A stretch of 63,872 bases of DNA, counting the filler, from Octopus bimaculoides (taxonomy: Eukaryota): assembly GCF_001194135.2 (NCBI RefSeq). It is 5 parts of 5 records of this genome, joined end to end, with 100 filler letters (N's around TTAATTAATTAA, not from the genome) between each part and the next. Parts side by side here need not be neighbours in the genome. Positions count along the whole stretch, not along the records: positions 1 to 25,508 come from NC_068981.1; 4 more parts are not named here. One strand, 5' to 3'. Below, in pieces: positions 1 to 12,245 of the stretch. The number at the start of each line of letters is the position of its first letter. Position 1 is the first letter of the stretch. A program made the translations under genes and the position numbers. The notes below the pieces were generated by a model. That model had not been told where the DNA came from. It was given only the letters and a program-made list of their open reading frames with translations, and made no database searches.

Positions 1-34
1 TATATATATATATACACAGACACACATATATACA

Positions 35-80
<46 letters not shown>
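1..80. repeat. (TA)n/(CA)n microsatellite
   Basis: Direct dinucleotide runs. Confidence 0.95.
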
Positions 81-81
<1 letters not shown>

Positions 82-289
82 TGTTTCCTTTCACTATGGG
101 AATCATTCTTCAATAAAATTTGTCCGATATTCTTATAATATTTACGGGATATGTAGGGTTATGCATCCCATGTCTCGTACTTTTTGTCTAAATCGGTGTA
201 CATTTAAAGTGGAAATGAAGAAAAACCACGTTTATAGGGTGTTTCTTTAACAAGATACCGCTTTCCTCTACGTGATATGTGATTTTGAA

Positions 290-1239
290 ATGGGTCAAAG
301 TAAAGATATGACATCAAAGGAGAAGGAAGAAATAGTGAAACTACAGGGAGAAATGGATACAACAATTGTACAAAACATTGAGTGAGTAAGAATAAGGAAG
401 AAAACGGATTTCAAGGACATCACAAATGGAGATAAGAGAAAACTCAAAAGAATTAAGAAAAGTGGGTTAACCAGTAAACAAATCTTTAGAGGAGCAGGAA
501 TCTCTAACATACAAAAGAAAATATGTTGCACAATACTAAAAGAAATAGGCAAAGTCATAAATTTTGCAAAATTGCCTGCTTTAAATAAAGTACACAAAGA
601 AAAAGAGTGATGTGGGCAAAAAGATATATGAAGACAAACTTTACAAATGTAATTGTTACTGACGAGTGCAGAGCAACATTAGATGGACCTAATGGATGGG
701 CAAGGGGCTGGGTGTTACATAGAAAAAACGATTAAGAAGACATCAGGGTGGTGGAGAAATCATGTTTCGGGATGCTATACTTGGAGGAGACATTATAGGT
801 CCATTTAAGGTTGCTGATGGATCCAAAATTAATACTGAAAATTATTGCAAGTTTCTGAGACGACAACATCTTTCATTAGTACAAGTCAACATCACGAAGT
901 TTGAAGTTAAACGATGATATTTATGCTTGATAATGCTCTCTCACACTCTGCAAAACTTACTATTAACCATTTAGCTAAGAAGGGTTTCAAAGAACATAAG
1001 ATAATGGAATTCCACCCACCCCCAATCTCCAGATCTAAACCCAACAGAGAATTTGTGGTCAATCATTAAAAAGAGATATTTATTCTAATGGTAAACAATA
1101 TTCAAACAATGATTTACTATGGGAATCAATAAAAACTATTGCAAGAAATATTAAAAGTAAAATTGCGGAGAAATTGACAAAATCAGTTGAGAAAATGTTT
1201 AAAGTTATAAATGGTAAAGGATTCTATATCGAAATGTAA
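290..1239 (+). pseudogene. Disrupted Tc1-like transposase of the DD37E (TRT-type) family
   Basis: Manual translation across frameshifts gives MGQSKDMTSKEKEEIV..., VTDECRATLDGPNGWARGW, RRHQGGGEIMF, GPFKVADGSK, FMLDNALSHSAK, SPDLNPTENLWSII, and ends KGFYIEM*. About 37 residues separate the second D from E after repairing a frameshift. Confidence 0.85.
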
Positions 1240-1262
1240 AATATATACATAATTGTTTGTAA

Positions 1263-1448
1263 AGGCGCAAGAGTGTCTGTGTGGTAAGTAGCTTGCTTAC
1301 CAACCACATGGTTCCGGGTTCAGTCCCACTGTGATACCTTGGGCAAGTATCTTCTACTATAGCCTCGGGCCGACCAAAGCCTTGTGAGTGGATTTGGTAG
1401 ACGGAAANNNNNNNNNNNNNNNNTATATATGTATAAATATATATACAC

Positions 1449-1489
<41 letters not shown>

Positions 1490-1491
1490 CA

Positions 1492-1531
<40 letters not shown>

Positions 1532-1730
1532 TATGTTTGTACCCCCCCCAACATCGCTTTACAACCAATGTTGGTGTGTTTCCTCGTAACATAGCGGTTC
1601 GGCAAAAGTAACCGATAGAATAAGTACTAGGCTTCTAAAGTATAATTCCTGGGTCTATTTGCTCGACTAAAGGTGGTGCTACAGCATGGCCGCAGTCAAA
1701 TGACTGAAACAAGTAAAAGAGTAAAAGAGT
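1263..1730 (+). mobile_element. tRNA-derived CORE-type SINE (family A) with internal (TA)n(TG)n and CR1-LINE-like tail
   Basis: Pol III A/B-box-like head (GTGTGGTAAG...GGTTCAGTCCC), CORE-like CCTTGGGCAAGT, internal microsatellite, tail GGTGCTACAGCATGGCCGCAGTCAAATGACTGAAACAAGTAAAAGAG. Many copies in the window. Confidence 0.85.
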
Positions 1731-1871
1731 ATATGGTGGAAGATATCCGTATATATTAATGGTCTGGTTGTGCATTGTTCGATAAGTATCTCACATTACA
1801 TGTAATTTATATAATATTTGTTAACTTGCATAATAAAAAGGAACACACAATAAAGGTTTTTTTTATTTATA

Positions 1872-2255
<384 letters not shown>

Positions 2256-2708
2256 TCTATCTATCAAATTCGAACAACTATTTCGTAGTCCCGAGACCCC
2301 AGAAACAGTTTTAGGCCTTAAAATACCATGCCTTCTCCCCTTAGTTTTCTGTAGTCTCATTTTGTAAATATATAAATATCTCAATGCTTATACGCGAGTG
2401 CTCATCTGCTGAATATTTTCTGTGTTTGTTTCTTTTCTATATGCCTGATTTATATGTGTATATATATATATGTATGTTTTATATATAAATCCTAAGCATG
2501 TTTTTCTGCGTAACTATCTCTCTCTCTTTCTCTCTCTCCCTTTCTTTCTTTATATGTGTATGTGTGAGTGTGTAATGACAAATATCAGAAAATGAAACTA
2601 GAAGGTCTTTTTAAAACTTCATTTACAATCGTTTCATCATTAACCAGTAAATTGAATCTTGCGTAATGCAAGATATGTTATATATGTGTGTGTTGTGTGT
2701 GCATATGC

Positions 2709-2751
<43 letters not shown>

Positions 2752-2754
2752 TTA

Positions 2755-2917
2755 GACATGCTTCTTCTTTCTGTTTCCATCTACCAAATCGACTTAGAAG
2801 GCTTGGTCGGCTTGAGGCCACAGCAGAAGAAACTTGCCCAAAGTGCCACGCAGTGGAACTGAACCTGGAACCATTGTGGTGGAGAAGCAAGCTTGCTACC
2901 ACACAACCACGCCTGCA
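2755..2917 (-). mobile_element. Family A SINE head/CORE part
   Basis: Reverse complement of the 1263-1407 segment. Confidence 0.8.
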
Positions 2918-3339
2918 TCTATATACGCGTTTAATCATATCCTAATGGTCTTCAACCCAATATTTAGATGCTGTTATTTATAACCTTATCTACTTCGACT
3001 TCGTCCATGAAAAGATGAATAATACATAACTACACACACGCACCCACACCCACACACACATATGTATTTGTGTGTGTGTGTGTGTGTGTGTGTATACACG
3101 CACACACACATACGCAGTTACTATTATTATTATCATTGTCCTTATGATAATTATCACTTCCGTATTTTCCATCTATACCAACATAGCAAAACCACAACAT
3201 AGCGAAAACTACAATATAACCACGGCAGCTCTTGTCTCCTCAGGTGAAAACCTTTAAAGTATTTAATTAACTTAAATGACGTCGTTACCTTGTCACAGAG
3301 CGTCCGCCCTACCTGTCATGATGGCGTCTGACGATAGTA

Positions 3340-3960
3340 ACAATTGCTTAGTTGATGCTGGTAGTAGTAATGAAAGTAACTGTGATGACTGCGGTGGTGG
3401 TGGTGGTGGTGGTGGTTTTGGTGGTGGTGATGGTGGTGTCGATAATGGTGGTATTGGTGGTGGTGATGGCAGTGGTATTAGAGGTGGTGGTGGTAGTGTC
3501 GATAGTGGTAGTATTGGTAGTTTTGACAAAGATGCTAGTAGTCGCTGTGGTGGTGATGGTGGTAGTGGTGGTGACAGCGTTGTTGTTGTTATTGGTAGTG
3601 GTGGTGGTTGAAATGGTGCTGCCAGTAGTTGTGGTAGTGGTGGTAGTGGTGGCGATAGTGACAGAGGTAACGGTGGTTGTGATGATAGTAATGGCATTAG
3701 TGTTAGTAACTATGGGGTAGTGGAGAGTAGTTTCGTTATGGTGGAGGTGATGGTGGTGGTTATGATGGTGGTGGTTATGATGGTGGTGGTTATGATGGTG
3801 GTGGTTATGATGGTGGTGGTTATGATGGTGGTGGTTATGATGGTGGTGGTTATGATGGTGGCGATATTAGTGGATATTAGTAAGGGTGGTTGTAGTTATG
3901 GGAAGATGGTGGTTGACGTATTCGTGATGCTGGTTGCCATACTGGTTGTGGAACATATCA
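3340..3960. repeat. GGT/GAT low-complexity tract including a 15-bp minisatellite (GATGGTGGTGGTTAT, about 7 copies, 3749-3860)
   Basis: Direct inspection. Confidence 0.85.
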
Positions 3961-3966
3961 TTGTTG

Positions 3967-4024
<58 letters not shown>

Positions 4025-4073
4025 CATTATTATTAATATTATTACTATTATTGTTATTATTATTATCATTATT

Positions 4074-4464
4074 GCCTTTGCACAGCTTCTAACGCTGGAG
4101 ATGTGCTACGGTGTCGGCTGTTAACTACCAGTGAACTCAGGTGACACCTCTTATTTTCCGAGCACCTTCCAGAGTATTCGAGCGGTTCCAAGCAGTACTG
4201 TTTTCTTTAAGTTCTCCACCCTTTTCGCAGCCCCTCTTTGTTCCATGTACTTCTCGAGATTTTTGCTGACTGTTCCCAGGGCTCCGAAAATTATTGGTAC
4301 AACTGCTACCTTTTTCATCAACCACAACTGCTTAACTTCCCAAGCTAACCTGTCTTATCTCTCGACTTTTCTTTCTTCCTTATCGCATACCTTGTTGTCA
4401 GCTGGGCATGTTATATTTATGATCCAGCAGTTTGCTTTCTTTCTCAATTAAGACTATGTCTGGC

Positions 4465-4466
<2 letters not shown>
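4074..4466 (-). mobile_element. 5'-truncated REL-endonuclease LINE (R4/Dong-like) embedded in (AAT)n
   Basis: Frameshifted KPDIVLIEKES...ITCPADNKVCDKEERKVERYDRLAWEVKQLWLMKKVAVVPIIFGALG...LLGTARILWKVL; (AAT)n on both flanks. Confidence 0.85.
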
Positions 4467-4540
<74 letters not shown>

Positions 4541-4550
4541 CATTATTATT

Positions 4551-5147
4551 GAATGAGAGAGCAGTGCATGCAATCAAAGTGACACTGGGGTAAAATATAC
4601 GAAGCCCAATATACCCATCATGACTACCTGTCTGATAAGGGTACACCAGGCACATGCATCACAACCATATGTGCGCGACATGGTGATCTCATATCAAGAT
4701 AAACAACGCATGAACTCGCGGGTGGGGCCCAGTTAGAATTTTCTTCAGGTCGGGTAGCCCATCGCGCTCAAAAGGTCCCTGAATAAGGGTTGTTTAAGGA
4801 TGGTGTACAAAATATTCATGTTTCCAAAAGTGAATTATCCAAACCCCAAAGAATTCCTCTCAACACATGACTATGATGCTCCCCCGATACATCTCATGAT
4901 CGGAGATGCACATATCGTCAGTCACCAAGGGACATGCTCAACTGGTTAAGGTCAAACAACTGACAAGCAAATCTGTGGTGTTGAGCAGAATCTTTGCTGT
5001 AGCCCGTTTTTTACACCAAGACAAATTGAGCAGAATATATGCTATAGCCAATTTGTCTTGGTATAAAAGACAGCTACAGCAAATATTCTGCTCAAGACCA
5101 CAGATTTGTTTCTCAGTTGTTTGACCTTAACCAGTTGAGCATGTCCC

Positions 5148-5149
<2 letters not shown>
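4551..5149 (-). mobile_element. Non-coding ~550-bp (AAT)n-tailed element (family F) with inverted duplication (arms 4927-5025 and 5052-5149)
   Basis: Reverse complement of 36641-37187; ends ...GCACTGCTCTCTCA(C/T)TC-(AAT)n. Confidence 0.8.
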
Positions 5150-5236
<87 letters not shown>

Positions 5237-5376
5237 TCAAGCTGAAAGTTTTCGATCGTAACACCGACTTTCGCGTTGCCGAGCAAGGAATCCTCAGTTA
5301 TAAAATGTACACAAGTCTATTATATATGCATGGAATTTATTTTCCCTTGTTGTAAAAACAAGCGTTCACCAATTCA

Positions 5377-5455
5377 TACCTACCTACCTACCTACCTACC
5401 TACCTACCTACCTACCTACCTACCTACCTACCTACCTACCGACCTACCTACCTAC
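5377..5455. repeat. (TACC)n microsatellite
   Basis: Direct. Confidence 0.95.
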
Positions 5456-6207
5456 ACACGCACACATAGATATATACATAGATGCATACATACATATGTG
5501 CATATGTACAGACATACAAGCATACATACACGCGTATAGAAATATGTAAATGTGAATGTATGAAAGTATGATAGTATACAGGTATATATACATATATATA
5601 TACGTACATGTATATATATATATGAATGCATATACGCAAGACTATATATATGCATATATGTATAAATGAACGATGTGAATTTATATATGTATGTATGCGT
5701 TTTTAAGGAGGACCAGAACACACGAAGTTCACAAGGGAATTTTTACAGAAAAAAAGGAAAAAAAAATGTCGATTAGAATATAATAGTGGAAAGATAAGCG
5801 TAGAATATCCGGAAACGTGAAAGCACTTAAGGTTATTGGGTGTATATATTTGGAGTGAACGTGTTGATCCCATATTTGTCTAGCGTTTTTGTTGACCAAA
5901 GATCGAATATTTCCCTTTATACAAGAGATATGTGGACGAAACTAAGCGTCAAATTATTCTACAACATATCTTATGACAGTAATAAAACGGAATATTGAGA
6001 TCACGATCAATATATAATAATAATAATACATACACACATGTGTGAACATATGCATATATGTATATATATGTGTGTATATGTGTGTATTATAAATGTGTGG
6101 ATATATATGTATATATATATGTATATATATACGTATGTGTGCGTATATATGTACACACACACATATATATATATGTTTGTGTATATATATGTATGTGTAT
6201 ATATATG

Positions 6208-6296
<89 letters not shown>

Positions 6297-7542
6297 GTGT
6301 GTATATGTCTATATATATGTGTGTGAGTGTGTGTGTGTACGTGCATATGTATGTATTATGTAGAAAGATCTATTTGCGCTCTAGAAGTGAAGGATTTATT
6401 TCTAAGACAAACAGATCGATAAACAAACATTGTGATTGGGAAAGTACCTTGATATTGGACTACACTCATAATCCGATCGATACAACCACGTAGGCAGAAG
6501 CCATATAGATTTATGAAAACATACTCATACGGATAGAGATACATTCATTCATGTGTGTGTGTGTGTGTGTGTGTGTNNNNNNNNNNNNNNNNNNNNNNNN
6601 NNNNNNNNNNNNNNNNNNNNNNNNNNNNNNNNNNNNNNNNNNNNNNNNNNNNNNNNNNNNNNNNNNNNNNNNNNNNNNNNNNNNNNNNNNNNNNNNNNNN
6701 NNNNNNNNNNNNNNNNNNNNNNNNNNNNNNNNNNNNNNNNNNNNNNNNNNNNNNNNNNNNNNNNNNNNNNNNNNNNNNNNNNNNNNNNNNNNNNNNNNNN
6801 NNNNNNNNNNNNNNNNNNNNNNNNNNNNNNNNNNNNNNNNNNNNNNNNNNNNNNNNNNNNNNNNNNNNNNNNNNNNNNNNNNNNNNNNNNNNNNNNNNNN
6901 NNNNNNNNNNNNNNNNNNNNNNNNNNNNNNNNNNNNNNNNNNNNNNNNNNNNNNNNNNNNNNNNNNNNNNNNNNNNNNNNNNNNNNNNNNNNNNNNNNNN
7001 NNNNNNNNNNNNNNNNNNNNNNNNNNNNNNNNNNNNNNNNNNNNNNNNNNNNNNNNNNNNNNNNNNNNNNNNNNNNNNNNNNNNNNNNNNNNNNNNNNNN
7101 NNNNNNNNNNNNNNNNNNNNNNNNNNNNNNNNNNNNNNNNNNNNNNNNNNNNNNNNNNNNNNNNNNNNNNNNNNNNNNNNNNNNNNNNNNNNNNNNNNNN
7201 NNNNNNNNNNNNNNNNNNNNNNNNNNNNNNNNNNNNNNNNNNNNNNNNNNNNNNNNNNNNNNNNNNNNNNNNNNNNNNNNNNNNNNNNNNNNNNNNNNNN
7301 NNNNNNNNNNNNNNNNNNNNNNNNNNNNNNNNNNNNNNNNNNNNNNNNNNNNNNNNNNNNNNNNNNNNNNNNNNNNNNNNNNNNNNNNNNNNNNNNNNNN
7401 NNNNNNNNNNNNNNNNNNNNNNNNNNNNNNNNNNNNNNNNNNNNNNNNNNNNNNNNNNNNNNNNNNNNNNNNNNNNNNNNNNNNNNNNNNNNNNNNNNNN
7501 NNNNNNNNNNNNNNNNNNNNNNNNNNNNNNNNNNNNNNNNNN

Positions 7543-7573
<31 letters not shown>

Positions 7574-7857
7574 TCATATATTCACACGCACATGCAAACA
7601 TACATACATACATACATACATACATACATGCATGCAAACATACATACATACATACATACATACATACATACATACATAGATGCATGCAAACATACATACA
7701 TCATACATACATACATACATTGTGGGGTTACACAGGATTTGCAGAAAGGAATAAAAAATGATATCACTCTCTCATTTTTCTGTCGATGGCCTAAAGTTAT
7801 ATTTTGGGAGGATAAACTACTTCAAAACATAATTAGAACATGTCACAACATTCTTAC

Positions 7858-8223
7858 GGCACACAGGAATGGAGTTTGGTCAAAACAAATGGTCAATAGA
7901 AGAATGACTGTCGACGTGAGAGGGAACATGAAGCTCAATTGCTTGTCTCTTTCTACTATCTTTGATATGATGAATGCTTTAAGTATCTTGGATTTGGTGA
8001 AAATGCTGTATGCGTCGATGCTGTGAGTGAAGAAAGAGTTACAAAAGAACGCTTCAACAGACTCCGGAGTTGTGACTATATTTAATAAAATCGTATCCTT
8101 TAAATCTTTTGCAATGCTAGTGATAATATCAACATTTGGGTTACAAGACTGGTCACTTGATGTGATCTGTATCCTGGATATTAAAACTAGAAAGATACTG
8201 ACCATCACTAGCAACTTCCACAT
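7858..8223 (-). CDS. Candidate first coding exon of a secreted or membrane protein (unknown family)
   Basis: Non-repetitive 122-codon frame starting MWKLLVMVSIFLVLISRIQITSS (signal-peptide-like), ending in phase 0 at GCC|GTAAGA (consensus donor). Upstream pyrimidine tract plus CAG acceptor at 8325-8327. No family recognised. Confidence 0.35.
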
Positions 8224-8432
8224 TTACAGCAATACCGTGAGGATCTATGTGAGACGAAGAAATGGTGGCAGATGTATAAGGCCAAACACCCTTCGATTGT
8301 TACATTCTATCTCTCAGATAATACCTGCGGGACGGTAAAGGTGGAAATGAGTACATTTTATACATACTCAAAAGTTGGACTGTCCTACCTAAATAGACGC
8401 TTGCACGAAATCATTGAAATACTGACGCACAT

Positions 8433-8700
8433 GATATAAGCATCTCTGATCACGAGCAGAAATTGTGGCTATGATGTTCCGTCACAATTTCTGCTCATGA
8501 TCAGAGATGCTCATATCATAAGCCACAAAGACACAAGCTCAACTGGTTAAAGTTAAACAACTGACAAGCAAATCTGTGGTATTGAGCAGAATATTTGCTG
8601 TAGCCCATCTCTTATATCATGACAAAACATGTATATGTCAACACATCCAATAAGTTAAGATCAGAAGCCATGAGAGTCACTGCCTGGTATTGCATCAGGA
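8433..8700 (-). mobile_element. 5' part of family F element ending in an 85-bp hairpin (8433-8517)
   Basis: Matches 36645-36870; arms GATATAAGCATCTCTGATCACGAGCAGAAATTGTG / CACAATTTCTGCTCATGATCAGAGATGCTCATATC. Confidence 0.75.
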
Positions 8701-8758
8701 TATTGTCGTCGTCATCATCATCATCACCATCATCATCATCATCGTCGTCATTATTAAT

Positions 8759-8939
8759 AGGCTGCGAGCTGGCAGAATCGTTAGCACGCCGGGCAAAATG
8801 CTTAGCGGCTATTGTCTGTCATTACGGTCTGAGTTCAAATTCTGCCGAGATCGATTTTGCTTTTCATTCTTTCGGGGTCGATGAAATAAGTATCAGTTAC
8901 GCATTGGGTCGATATAATCGACTAGGTCCCTCTCCCCAA

Positions 8940-8940
<1 letters not shown>
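8759..8940 (+). mobile_element. tRNA-derived SINE family B (Meta/RUDI-like central motif)
   Basis: GAGCTGGCAGAATCGTTAGC...GAGTTCAAATTC head, then TTTCATTCTTTCGGGGTCGATGAAATAAGTA; (ATT)n tail. Confidence 0.8.
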
Positions 8941-8971
<31 letters not shown>

Positions 8972-9512
8972 CTTATGATAATTAATAAGAATGATTTATA
9001 AATATGTTTAGGAAAAACTGGAGAGTTTCGTCTCAAGGGAGATAAGGGGTTACATCAAGGAGTTTTGTGTGTGAATGTATGTGTTAGGTACATGGTGTGT
9101 TTGTGTATGAATACATATTGTTTGCGTTTAAAGTGTGTAAATATATTTTGTTTTCTACAATAGATATATTTCTTTCGAATTTAAAGTGTTTTAATACATT
9201 TCATTTTTCATATGAAAATATATTTTGTTGAACTAATCAAGTATGCGTATTTATTCCAATCACATTCCCATTAAAAAAAAGAAAGATGTTCCTAAACCGA
9301 AAATACTCAACACTAAAACAATAAATTCCTCTAAACGGATGACCCGATCCGTGTTTTTGAAAAGTTGAACAACGAAACCGCTGACACAAGATTCAGAAAC
9401 TTCATTACAGAGGGTTCTTTTTATTATTTTTTGTTTTTCTAAGAATTTTCTCGAATAGTTCATACTTTTTAAGCAAATCTTTGTTTAAATATGTGTGTAT
9501 ACATGTATGTGT

Positions 9513-9555
<43 letters not shown>

Positions 9556-9877
9556 GTATGTATGTATATATATGTATATATGTGTATATGTTTATATACA
9601 CACATGCATATATATATATGTAAATATATGTGTGTATATATATGTGTTTGCATATATATAAACATATATATATATACACATATGATTATATACTTAGTTA
9701 TAAACATGAACATACATGTATATACACACAAGCACAGAGAGAGAGAGATATAAAGATAGATGGATAAATAAGGAGTTATACATACATAACTACTTATAAT
9801 ACACACACACACGTCACATATATATACATATATATCATATATACACGCTTGTGTACACACACACACACACACACACA

Positions 9878-9909
<32 letters not shown>

Positions 9910-10525
9910 TACGGTATTTGCCAGCGACATTAAATCAGCGAAAGTTGCTTAGTGTAATTAGATATATACAAATACAGATATGATTGATTCACTTGTGGCT
10001 TACATTCATGGCTAAATAATTTCATTATTCAATAGTTTATTGATCTATAGATTGATAATTTGATAGGAATTACGGCAGAGTTTTATGTGAGAGATAAATC
10101 TACGCTCAGCCTGTCCTGTGTGTGCAGTATTTGTAATGGACATGGGGAAATATCTACGACTGGCCAAATAGGAAATTCACTTCTCAATATTAATAAATCT
10201 CTTTATAATACTCATGCGTTTAGTTCTGTTTTTTAGACGGGTGTGCATAGGCAGATGTCTGCGAGTGTGTTTGCTTGTTCGCAGTTGATTCATACTAGAA
10301 ATAAGTAAAATATTATTATATACATGCTGGAGTTCTTGGTTGATTTGCTCGTCCGAAGACATCACACTCTCATTGTATTTACGGTATGATGTGACGTATT
10401 GAAACCCGTCTGGTTATGGCGAACAAAAATGGAAAGGATGCACAGATAATTAGACACGTATCTACTGCAGATACATTTCCATACATACTTATAGGTGCAT
10501 ATACATACGCACTGTAGATACATTT

Positions 10526-10573
<48 letters not shown>

Positions 10574-11475
10574 NNNNNNNNNNNNNNNNNNNNNNNNNNN
10601 NNNNNNNNNNNNNNNNNNNNNNNNNNNNNNNNNNNNNNNNNNNNNNNNNNNNNNNNNNNNNNNNNNNNNNNNNNNNNNNNNNNNNNNNNNNNNNNNNNNN
10701 NNNNNNNNNNNNNNNNNNNNNNNNNNNNNNNNNNNNNNNNNNNNNNNNNNNNNNNNNNNNNNNNNNNNNNNNNNNNNNNNNNNNNNNNNNNNNNNNNNNN
10801 NNNNNNNNNNNNNNNNNNNNNNNNNNNNNNNNNNNNNNNNNNNNNNNNNNNNNNNNNNNNNNNNNNNNNNNNNNNNNNNNNNNNNNNNNNNNNNNNNNNN
10901 NNNNNNNNNNNNNNNNNNNNNNNNNNNNNNNNNNNNNNNNNNNNNNNNNNNNNNNNNNNNNNNNNNNNNNNNNNNNNNNNNNNNNNNNNNNNNNNNNNNN
11001 NNNNNNNNNNNNNNNNNNNNNNNNNNNNNNNNNNNNNNNNNNNNNNNNNNNNNNNNNNNNNNNNNNNNNNNNNNNNNNNNNNNNNNNNNNNNNNNNNNNN
11101 NNNNNNNNNNNNNNNNNNNNNNNNNNNNNNNNNNNNNNNNNNNNNNNNNNNNNNNNNNNNNNNNNNNNNNNNNNNNNNNNNNNNNNNNNNNNNNNNNNNN
11201 NNNGGGGGGGGGGAGAAGGAAAGAGAAAGAGATAGAGTAGCGTCGGAGGATATGAGTTACGAAAACTACTTACATTTTGGAAGACGCTGCGTTCAATCAT
11301 GTAAAAACAAAAAGTAAATGAGTATATGCATATATACGTACAGGTATGTGCATACCGACATCCACCTGTATGTATAGGTGCATATCTGGGTACAGGACAT
11401 TGCAAACAAACGTAGACGAGAACACACGATATATACATACATACACACATATATAGATATATTTGGAAAAGAAAA

Positions 11476-11828
11476 AGAAGGCGGAGGTTTTGTTTTCAGT
11501 CGCTTTTGTTTGTTTGTCTGTGGACAAGATATCTCATCAACTGCTGGATGGATTCGGATGAAACTTTCAGGAATGTTTGGCTTTGTGACTGGCACAATCT
11601 AATTAGATTCTGGGATCGATTCGGTACTGTACAAGGATTCTGGATTATTTTTCCTGTTTTTTTTTACTTAATTTTTGAGAGAGGTCGGGATCATTTTTAG
11701 TATTCTTCTTTGTGAGAGCATTTGAGTTTATTTCGGATATTCTAATTTTAAAAATCATCTCCGGCTAACCGTTGAGAAGACGTTGGTGTTGCCTTGGAGG
11801 AGGTTTGTGCTCTTTGAGTGCTCTTGTT
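11476..11828 (+). mobile_element. Non-autonomous Helentron-type element (HINE/DINE-like)
   Basis: GGCGGAGGTTTTGTTTTC start, short (GTTT/GTCT) run, GGATTCGGATGAAACTT, internal GGATC palindromes, and 3' CCTTGGAGGAGG...GCTCTTTGAGTGC stem-loop followed by T-run. Confidence 0.55.
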
Positions 11829-12209
11829 TTATTAATGTTAATGTCAGGTTGATTATTACAACTAAACGCAGTTCTGATATAGGGTATTTGATACACCTAT
11901 ATTTTGTTTATGTAAATACAAAACATTTTGCATATTCCATCTGCTGAGCTTCCTGAAACAGGTGTAGAGTTAAAAAAATAATGTATTCTGTGGTTAATAT
12001 TCTGAATGTTTATGGTCTACGTAAATACATGTGTATATGTACTTCAGAATATTCGTAGATATATGTGTCTATATATACATATGTATATCTATGCATGTGT
12101 GTGTATGTGTGTGTATGGCGTGTAATTGTGTTTATCAGCATTACTACCTCTCTATATATTTATACATATATATATATATATATGTGTGTGCGTGTGTTTA
12201 TACATATAT

Positions 12210-12245
<36 letters not shown>

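Larger units (their letters stand above)
78..1850 (+). mobile_element. Probable full extent of the TRT-type element, interrupted by a SINE at 1263-1730
   Basis: Weak inverted similarity between TATGTTTCCTTTCACTATGGGAA (~80-102) and TTGCATAATAAAAAGGAACACA (~1826-1847); degenerate. Confidence 0.35.

Noticed and set aside
3276-4124. Gly-, Pro- and Val-rich ORFs in several frames
   Set aside because: Products of GGT/GAT/ATT low-complexity DNA, open in many frames, with no splice or domain support.
5954-6493. [12 protein letters not shown] ORFs throughout the window
   Set aside because: Translations of (CA)n and (TA)n microsatellites.
6545-8026. Long ORFs of 230-490 aa spanning 6.5-7.5, 10.5-11.2, 12.2-12.8, 17.2-18.2 and 21.2-22.1 kb
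   Set aside because: They are N-runs translated as X.
9260-9463. Minus-strand ORF with a hydrophobic end (LCNEVSESC...FIVLVLSIFGLG)
   Set aside because: Short, with no clear splice sites or family match; kept only as something to check if the 8223 exon proves real.
10177-10365. Minus-strand 62-aa ORF with dibasic sites
   Set aside because: No signal peptide or recognisable motif; consistent with chance.
11938-11970. CTGCTGA...GAAACAGGTGTAGAG resembling the fold-back hammerheads
   Set aside because: Helix II missing and helix I unpaired; too degenerate to call.
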